From: a virus
Lineage: Duplodnaviria > Caudoviricetes
IMG/VR virus record: IMGVR_UViG_3300028833_003520
Strand: one strand, 5' to 3'
DNA length: 64,000 nt
The notes beneath the pieces are model-generated. The model was not told the origin of the DNA, did no database searches, and saw only the letters and a list, made by a program, of their open reading frames with translations. How positions within the stretch are numbered: the first letter of the stretch is position 1; each line of letters opens with the position of its first letter. A program made the position numbers and the translations under genes. Below are positions 58,186 through 64,000 of the stretch, in pieces.

Positions 58186-58812
58186 ATGGCTAAGGAACTT
58201 AAAAAGCAGTCTGGTTCTAAAGAACAGTCTGTGAGCCGTGAGACGAAGAAAGCCCTTGAAAAGCAGGCAGCATTAGTCGAGAAGCAGGCAAAAGACCGTG
58301 AAAAGCAGGTTGCTAAAGAGAAGGCAAAGGGTGTTGGTAAGGCAGGTATTGGTGTACTCAAGATTGCCACAGGTAACCCTATTCTTGCTATAGGCGGTGT
58401 TGCAAATCTCGCAAATGGTGCAGGTAAGACTGCGAAGGCTGAGAAGAATGTCGAGAAGAAGAATGATAAGGCTCTTGCAAAGCAGGAGAAGAAACTTCAG
58501 AAGGCACTCGATAAGGACCTTCAGGGTAAGACTGAAGCAGAGAAGGCTGCAATCAAGGCTGATTTTGAGGCAGAATCTCAGAAGGTTAAGGAAACTCATA
58601 ATCTTGAGCAGTCCACAAATCTCCAGACAACAACTGTTGCTGATATTAAGGCTCAGGAGAAGACGGTCAAGGCGAAGGAAAAGGCTAAAGCCGAGGTTGA
58701 TAAAGCAGAGAAGCGTGACACTCGTGTCAAGAAGGCAGAGAATAAACTCAATGTCAAGCAGATTGAAGCCAATGCTCAGGCACAGGCACAGTCTGACGGT
58801 TACGGTTACTAA
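58186..58812 (+). CDS. Lys/Ala-rich protein with a Gly-rich hydrophobic segment
   Basis: ATG 58186 after AAAGGAG; ends RDTRVKKAENKL...SDGYGY. Confidence 0.7.
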   Translation: MAKELKKQSGSKEQSVSRETKKALEKQAALVEKQAKDREKQVAKEKAKGVGKAGIGVLKIATGNPILAIGGVANLANGAGKTAKAEKNVEKKNDKALAKQEKKLQKALDKDLQGKTEAEKAAIKADFEAESQKVKETHNLEQSTNLQTTTVADIKAQEKTVKAKEKAKAEVDKAEKRDTRVKKAENKLNVKQIEANAQAQAQSDGYGY

Positions 58813-58887
58813 TAACATAACGAAGCGAGGAAGGTGGAGGGAACTTCACCTTCTATCGTATTTCGTTAGATAAGGGGAACAAATTTT

Positions 58888-61800
58888 ATGGCTTATAGCG
58901 TTGCTTATAAAGATTGGTTATTTAACTGCGGTAATCGTAGTGAATATATCATCTATCGTGCAATAGAAGAATTCAGTAGGCAGAGAGAAGAACGGGGCGA
59001 TAGACCCGTTTCTCTTAGTGAGGGAGTCGCTTTGCGTCAGCAGATTCTTAAGAATCTTGAAAGCAATCCCGAAATCAATAGTTATGTTTCTGATGCATAC
59101 GATATAGGTTTGAAGTCACTTTCAAACCGTATTCAGATGAATCCTATCTTGATGTCAATTCAAGCAGAGGGTTCATTTGCGAAGATTTTCGGTGGAAAGT
59201 CTTATGAGAATGTATCGAAGGAACAGTTAGATAGCATTATCGTGACACAGGAAAACAAAGCAAAAGATAGACGAGAATCTTTTATTGAGTCTATCAATGA
59301 GGTTTTGCCTGGCATCGAACTTAATGAAGAAAAGTTCAATAACTTAATTACGACTTATACGAATGCGGTAGTAAGTGTTAGGAACAATGGTTCATATTCT
59401 TATGAGCCTGCGGTGCCTTTGTCACCGTATTGTCCTGCATTTACGACTCGTAGTTTTACTTATAAAAATCCTGCGTTGTCTTTGATGAAGAAGTCAGATA
59501 AGCAAACAGCAGATGGCAATTATGCCGATTTTGTACGCATTTATCATCCGACAAGAGATGATATCGAGGACCAGTACGACGATTTCATTCGTTTCTATAA
59601 GGCGGAGTATGCAACTTTTGGTGAGAATACTAAAGGTCGTGGCGATAGTGCCAAGACCAATATTATTAAGACCGATGTTCCTACTTTCTACACGAATGAA
59701 GATGATTTCTATCTGAATGGTTTGAGAAAATACTTGACAGAAGAAGATGCAGCGAAGGTTATTAAGCATTGTAATCGTTTCGTAGATAGAACAGGCACAC
59801 CTTATAAGCGTGCCAATATGAAGAAAAGTATGGAATTGCTCCAGCGTATCGCTGAGGCTGGTTACGACTATACTATAGTACCGAAAGCAGGCGGTCAGGT
59901 TGATTGCCGTGTTTCCGTGTTGGGTTCTAATTACGATATAAGTATGATACCTCAACCAAACCAGTCCTTTGCGTATAACTTCGGTAGAGTATTTTGTCGT
60001 GAGAGTGGTGTTTCCTATAACCTGAATACACAGAATAAGTCTCCTGAAAAGGGTTACAAATACGAACCCTACGAAGCAAGTGTAACAGATGCTATGAATC
60101 TGTTGAAGTTTGCTATGGGAGAACCTGTTACTGTTGATACAAAGAATAATGTACCTTTAGGTAAGCACCGTTTGATTTCGTTCAACACTCCGAAGGGAAC
60201 AGTATATCGTAATAACGCATATTATAATAAGGGTAATGAGCAGATAAAGAACTTTACTGCTTACTATGGTCGTTCTTCTGACGGTGTAAACGTATTCTTG
60301 AAGGCTAATACTTCTGAGGTTACACCGAAGACGGCTCGTTTTGGTAGGAAAGGCGTTTCAAAGGAAGAAGACGCTGAACTTCATCTTAAAGAGTGGATTG
60401 AGTCTGCAAGACAGACATACACTGACGAGATGGATTTGGAGAATCTTATTCGTGAAGCAAGAGACCATCAGAATGACCCTGATTATGAGTTTAGATTCTC
60501 AGGTGTACCTGAAATCTATGCTATGCAGAAGAATTACTGGAATGTTCTCACAGGCAAAGAGCACGCTCTTGCTAAAGTAGGTCAAGATGACGATGAGTTT
60601 GATGAAGTTGGTGTTGAGAGAGCATATTATGAAGGCTCTCCTGAAGACAAAGTGCGTCAGCATTTTGCAGATTCCATTCATCACGATATCGGCACTTTTG
60701 AGCCTGATGCAAATGGTAAGAGGTATAGCATATATGGTCTTACCAATTATGCTGTAACTGACTTTAACTCAACTCGTTTCAGATTATCTGTTGTAGCAGC
60801 AACTAATCTGTTAGGCTTTAAGCCTGATGAGTTACAAGATACAGATGCTCAAGGCGATAGCGTAAAGAATATGCTTATCCGTTATGATGAAAAGACGGCA
60901 CAGCCTATTTTCCATCACGAGAGCAAATTCGTTCGTAATATGGGTTCCGTTATTAAGGACACTCTTCAGCAGAGTGGTATCGTAATTGAGGATGACGATA
61001 TTACGATTGACGATAACGGTATCGTGCAGTACAAGGGTAAAAAGGTCATTAACGGAGAATTCCGTCGTGACCCGAAGGCTAAGCGATATGGCACAGTTAG
61101 TATCGAAGATGGCTTGGATAAGCCTGAAGAAGTTGTAGGTCATATCGGTCAGATTTTTGCTCCTGAAGGCAAGTACAACACAGTTACAACGAAGTTTGCA
61201 GGCACAAAGAACTATATGTTCGTGCCTGGATATACAGCGAAGATATTGCCACAGAAAGATGGCGAGAATTTGCCTTATGAGGCAAGAACTCGTCTGTTGG
61301 GTTATGAGCAGTTGATGAGTCAGCGAATCAGGTCTCAGTTGCGTAGTGACCTCTTTATGACCATAGATAACTATGATGGTGCAGCATTAGGTATGAACAC
61401 ATCTCTGAATAAGGTTTATACGAACCTTTATGATGTGCGTCATCCTGTGGACTATATCGAGCGTTCAAGGGAAGAGGGAATGGATGACAGTTTCCTTGAG
61501 GCTGTTCTTGCTACAGAGGCACGCAGAGTCAGATATGATAGTGTCTATAAAGAACAGGCGACACTTAATGCTTATTATCAGGCATATACTCATAAGAGTA
61601 CGCTTATTGATGATAGAAATGTCAACCCTCTCACTCTGACAGGCTTTAGAAATATGGCTATTATGACAGAGGAAGGCGATGGGTATTTTGACCCTGATGC
61701 TACTTCCACTGGTATGAACCAAGGTGTTACAAGATACCTTGTCGAGAGTGCAGAAGTATTACCTGACGGTAGTATCAAGCGTGGCGACTTGGATGATAAG

Positions 61801-64000
61801 ACACCTCTGTGTAAGCATCCAGTTATGCATTGGGCAGATTACGTTCCGTTTGACCGTCGCCAGATGGTCTTCAACAACGCAATTAAGGCTCAGTGCATTA
61901 CAGGAAAGGTAAAGACTGCACAGATGACCTTTGGTGGTTGGAACTTTGACGATGGTTTCATCGTTACAAAGCAGTTTGCCGAGACATATAAGGTGCGTAA
62001 TAAAGATGACGTTCTTCGAGATATCGTTGTCGGAGATAAGATTCTCGATAAGAACGGTAACAAGGGTGTTATCTCACTTGTTATCGACCCTGATATGTCT
62101 ATGGAAGAAGCCCGTGAGCAGGGACTTGAAAATGTTCTTGCGATGGTAAAGGCAAACCCTGATATTCAGGTTTATGGTGCTCCATATCCTGCAGTATCTC
62201 GTTTTAACGGTGGTACAGCAAGAGAACTTATGGAGAATCCCTCAGATTTGCATATGCCAGACGGTACTATCAAAGAAGGATGTGTCGGCGAAGCCGAATT
62301 CATCGTTACACATATGGCTGTTGACAAGAAGTCACAGATTTATGACGACCAAGCCTTCGAAGAAGGTAAGGGTAGTAGAGCCTCTGCACAACTTGCTTGG
62401 GCATTGAATGCGAGAGGTGCGGAAGCAATGATGAGAGAGTTCTATTCTGATAATGATAGAGCCTTCACGACAATGCGTGAGTATTTCATCACTTGCGGCT
62501 ATGACTTATCCGAGACAGGTCAGATTATGCGTGGTTATACACCACACCCTGGCGAGGTAAGGAATGTCTTTGCTATGGAAGAAATCGAGAATATGCCGAA
62601 AGAGGGTTTAACTCAGTCGGCTATTCGTTCCAAGGTCTTCGATATGACAAGACAGATTCGTCATTCGGGTGGTTTTATGGAACTTCCGTTCCCGTTGACT
62701 TTCCCGAACGGTACTACTATTCCTCAAGTTCAGATTGAACACGATGTGATAACTGAAGCCGACAAGACTGACGTAAATTACACGAAGGATAGTTGGACAG
62801 TTAACCGTAATGGCAAGGAAATCACATATCATCGTAATCGGGAACTTTTGGATAACGGTGGCTCCAAGTTGGTTGATAGGAAGATTTCTGATGCAAAGAA
62901 GCCTATTTATGCATTGCCTGTAATGAGTTCTCATTTGAGAGTTGACCAGCCTTATCAGGATGGTACAACGATGCTTAACGATTGTACTGAATTCTATCAG
63001 TACATTTACAGAGCAGGTTTGACATATCTTGAAGCAGAGCGTAAAGGTGACAAAGCAGCAATGACAAAGGCTCGTAATGATGCTCAGCGTTTCTTTGATA
63101 GAATCACAGGTGATATTGTCGAGAATAGATTTGAAGACAATAAGCATAACTATTTCAAAGAAGGTTTGATGAGCAACAGAATGCCGAAGTCTTCTAACCC
63201 TGTTTGGACTGCTGACCCTCGACTTGATATTGAGGAAGTCGGTGTTTCGCCAGAAATGGCAGAAAGACTCGAACTTGAAGAGGGTGAAACAGTCTTAACA
63301 TTCCGTAACCCTGTTCTGCGTCCTGAAGGTGTTAGTGCAAAGAAAGTCAAAATCCTTAAGGGTATTGTAGGTATTGCAATTAACCCTGTAATGGATAAGG
63401 GTTATGATGGTGACTTCGATGGTGATACAGTACCTTTGAAGAAATTGCTCACACCTGAAGCAAAGGAAGAGGCTGAAAGACTTTACTCTGTAAAGGCAAC
63501 ACTTTTGGACTATGGTTCAAAAGACGAGGATGGCAACTATGGTCTCTTAATGAATCACGGTCTTGATTTGAAGACTGCTGAATATAATCGTCCTGAACTC
63601 AAAGACCAGTACGATGAGATTACGAAGCGTGTTAATGGATTTGAGAAGGATTATGCAAGCGGAAAACTTTCTTATGAGGAAGTTGATAAGATGCGTGAGC
63701 AGGCTGTTAAGGATTTGAACGATTATGTTCATAAGTGCTTTGAAGGCGGTGTTGGTGAAGCCATTATCAGTTACAAGGATATTTCGTCACACGTTGCTTC
63801 GTGTGAGGAGATTGTTAAATCGGGAGCAAAGGGAAGTTACAGTAAACTTGATGACTATTGTAACTATCTTGGAGCGTCCTACGAATATAATGTGGATGAG
63901 AATGGCGAGAAGACCTCTATTAACCTCGATACTGTTGAAGATTTGGAGACACCTTTTGGTGGCGATAAGGAATCTGCAAGACAGGCATCTATGGCTACGC
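58888..64000 (+). CDS. Single-chain (beta/beta'-fused) two-barrel DNA-dependent RNA polymerase, 3' truncated by the window
   Basis: Frame open from ATG 58888 (SD AAGGGG); beta-like GGWNFDDG, VGDKILDKNGNKGVIS, AVSRFNGG; beta'-like LPVMSSHLR, FRNPVL, NPVMDKGYDGDFDGD (63406-26), SGAKGS. Confidence 0.9.
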   Translation, partial: MAYSVAYKDWLFNCGNRSEYIIYRAIEEFSRQREERGDRPVSLSEGVALRQQILKNLESNPEINSYVSDAYDIGLKSLSNRIQMNPILMSIQAEGSFAKIFGGKSYENVSKEQLDSIIVTQENKAKDRRESFIESINEVLPGIELNEEKFNNLITTYTNAVVSVRNNGSYSYEPAVPLSPYCPAFTTRSFTYKNPALSLMKKSDKQTADGNYADFVRIYHPTRDDIEDQYDDFIRFYKAEYATFGENTKGRGDSAKTNIIKTDVPTFYTNEDDFYLNGLRKYLTEEDAAKVIKHCNRFVDRTGTPYKRANMKKSMELLQRIAEAGYDYTIVPKAGGQVDCRVSVLGSNYDISMIPQPNQSFAYNFGRVFCRESGVSYNLNTQNKSPEKGYKYEPYEASVTDAMNLLKFAMGEPVTVDTKNNVPLGKHRLISFNTPKGTVYRNNAYYNKGNEQIKNFTAYYGRSSDGVNVFLKANTSEVTPKTARFGRKGVSKEEDAELHLKEWIESARQTYTDEMDLENLIREARDHQNDPDYEFRFSGVPEIYAMQKNYWNVLTGKEHALAKVGQDDDEFDEVGVERAYYEGSPEDKVRQHFADSIHHDIGTFEPDANGKRYSIYGLTNYAVTDFNSTRFRLSVVAATNLLGFKPDELQDTDAQGDSVKNMLIRYDEKTAQPIFHHESKFVRNMGSVIKDTLQQSGIVIEDDDITIDDNGIVQYKGKKVINGEFRRDPKAKRYGTVSIEDGLDKPEEVVGHIGQIFAPEGKYNTVTTKFAGTKNYMFVPGYTAKILPQKDGENLPYEARTRLLGYEQLMSQRIRSQLRSDLFMTIDNYDGAALGMNTSLNKVYTNLYDVRHPVDYIERSREEGMDDSFLEAVLATEARRVRYDSVYKEQATLNAYYQAYTHKSTLIDDRNVNPLTLTGFRNMAIMTEEGDGYFDPDATSTGMNQGVTRYLVESAEVLPDGSIKRGDLDDKTPLCKHPVMHWADYVPFDRRQMVFNNAIKAQCITGKVKTAQMTFGGWNFDDGFIVTKQFAETYKVRNKDDVLRDIVVGDKILDKNGNKGVISLVIDPDMSMEEAREQGLENVLAMVKANPDIQVYGAPYPAVSRFNGGTARELMENPSDLHMPDGTIKEGCVGEAEFIVTHMAVDKKSQIYDDQAFEEGKGSRASAQLAWALNARGAEAMMREFYSDNDRAFTTMREYFITCGYDLSETGQIMRGYTPHPGEVRNVFAMEEIENMPKEGLTQSAIRSKVFDMTRQIRHSGGFMELPFPLTFPNGTTIPQVQIEHDVITEADKTDVNYTKDSWTVNRNGKEITYHRNRELLDNGGSKLVDRKISDAKKPIYALPVMSSHLRVDQPYQDGTTMLNDCTEFYQYIYRAGLTYLEAERKGDKAAMTKARNDAQRFFDRITGDIVENRFEDNKHNYFKEGLMSNRMPKSSNPVWTADPRLDIEEVGVSPEMAERLELEEGETVLTFRNPVLRPEGVSAKKVKILKGIVGIAINPVMDKGYDGDFDGDTVPLKKLLTPEAKEEAERLYSVKATLLDYGSKDEDGNYGLLMNHGLDLKTAEYNRPELKDQYDEITKRVNGFEKDYASGKLSYEEVDKMREQAVKDLNDYVHKCFEGGVGEAIISYKDISSHVASCEEIVKSGAKGSYSKLDDYCNYLGASYEYNVDENGEKTSINLDTVEDLETPFGGDKESARQASMAT

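Larger units (their letters stand above)
1..64000. mobile_element. Segment of a large conjugative element (megaplasmid/ICE) encoding its own RNA polymerase
   Basis: MobL relaxase, VirD4, VirB1-like hydrolase, P4/D5 helicase, RecD2 and many hypothetical genes; no housekeeping or virion genes; element boundaries not visible. Confidence 0.85.

Noticed and set aside
58888-64000. Host rpoB/rpoC, and the short ORFs listed in the track for this region
   Set aside because: One compact fused divergent frame with no ribosomal-protein context; the listed short ORFs are alternative-frame shadows.
1-64000. Prophage or jumbo phage
   Set aside because: Lysozyme, D5 helicase and RNAP are phage-like, but I see no capsid, terminase, portal or tail genes, whereas relaxase and VirD4 are present.

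Overview
This is a segment of a large, AT-rich conjugative element (megaplasmid or ICE) from a Firmicutes/Clostridia-type host, judged by its sigma-A-type promoters and strong Shine-Dalgarno (SD) sites. I recognised no housekeeping, rRNA/tRNA, integrase, VirB4 or phage structural genes. Transfer genes: VirB1-like lysozyme/amidase (<3-1784), membrane proteins, MobL relaxase (8122-10365), a ClpB-like AAA+ ATPase, a VirD4 coupling protein (53203-57579) and a degenerate VirD4 paralogue. DNA metabolism: RecD2-like helicase, P4/D5-type helicase, HNH and GIY-YIG-like nucleases, and a repeat-rich origin-like region (43.2-44.3 kb). Main observations: (1) An ORF absent from the supplied track (58888 to past the window end, at least 1704 aa) encodes a single-chain beta/beta'-fused RNA polymerase with an intact DxDGD catalytic site. 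(2) Five promoters carry the palindrome CCATATATGG in their spacer. They precede the RNAP region and a set of cytoplasmic proteins, many ending in an (R/K)R(L/M)P-acidic tail, with a variant tail on the relaxase. I infer a T4SS-delivered cargo set. (3) A tandem array of nine promoter-small RNA-terminator cassettes lies at 41990-43060. Several carry anti-SD/anti-AUG sequences, and orphan cassettes of the same design occur elsewhere. (4) A closed, multi-hairpin element of about 340 nt (19577-19916) looks like a structured RNA. All family assignments come from motif recognition by eye, not database searches.
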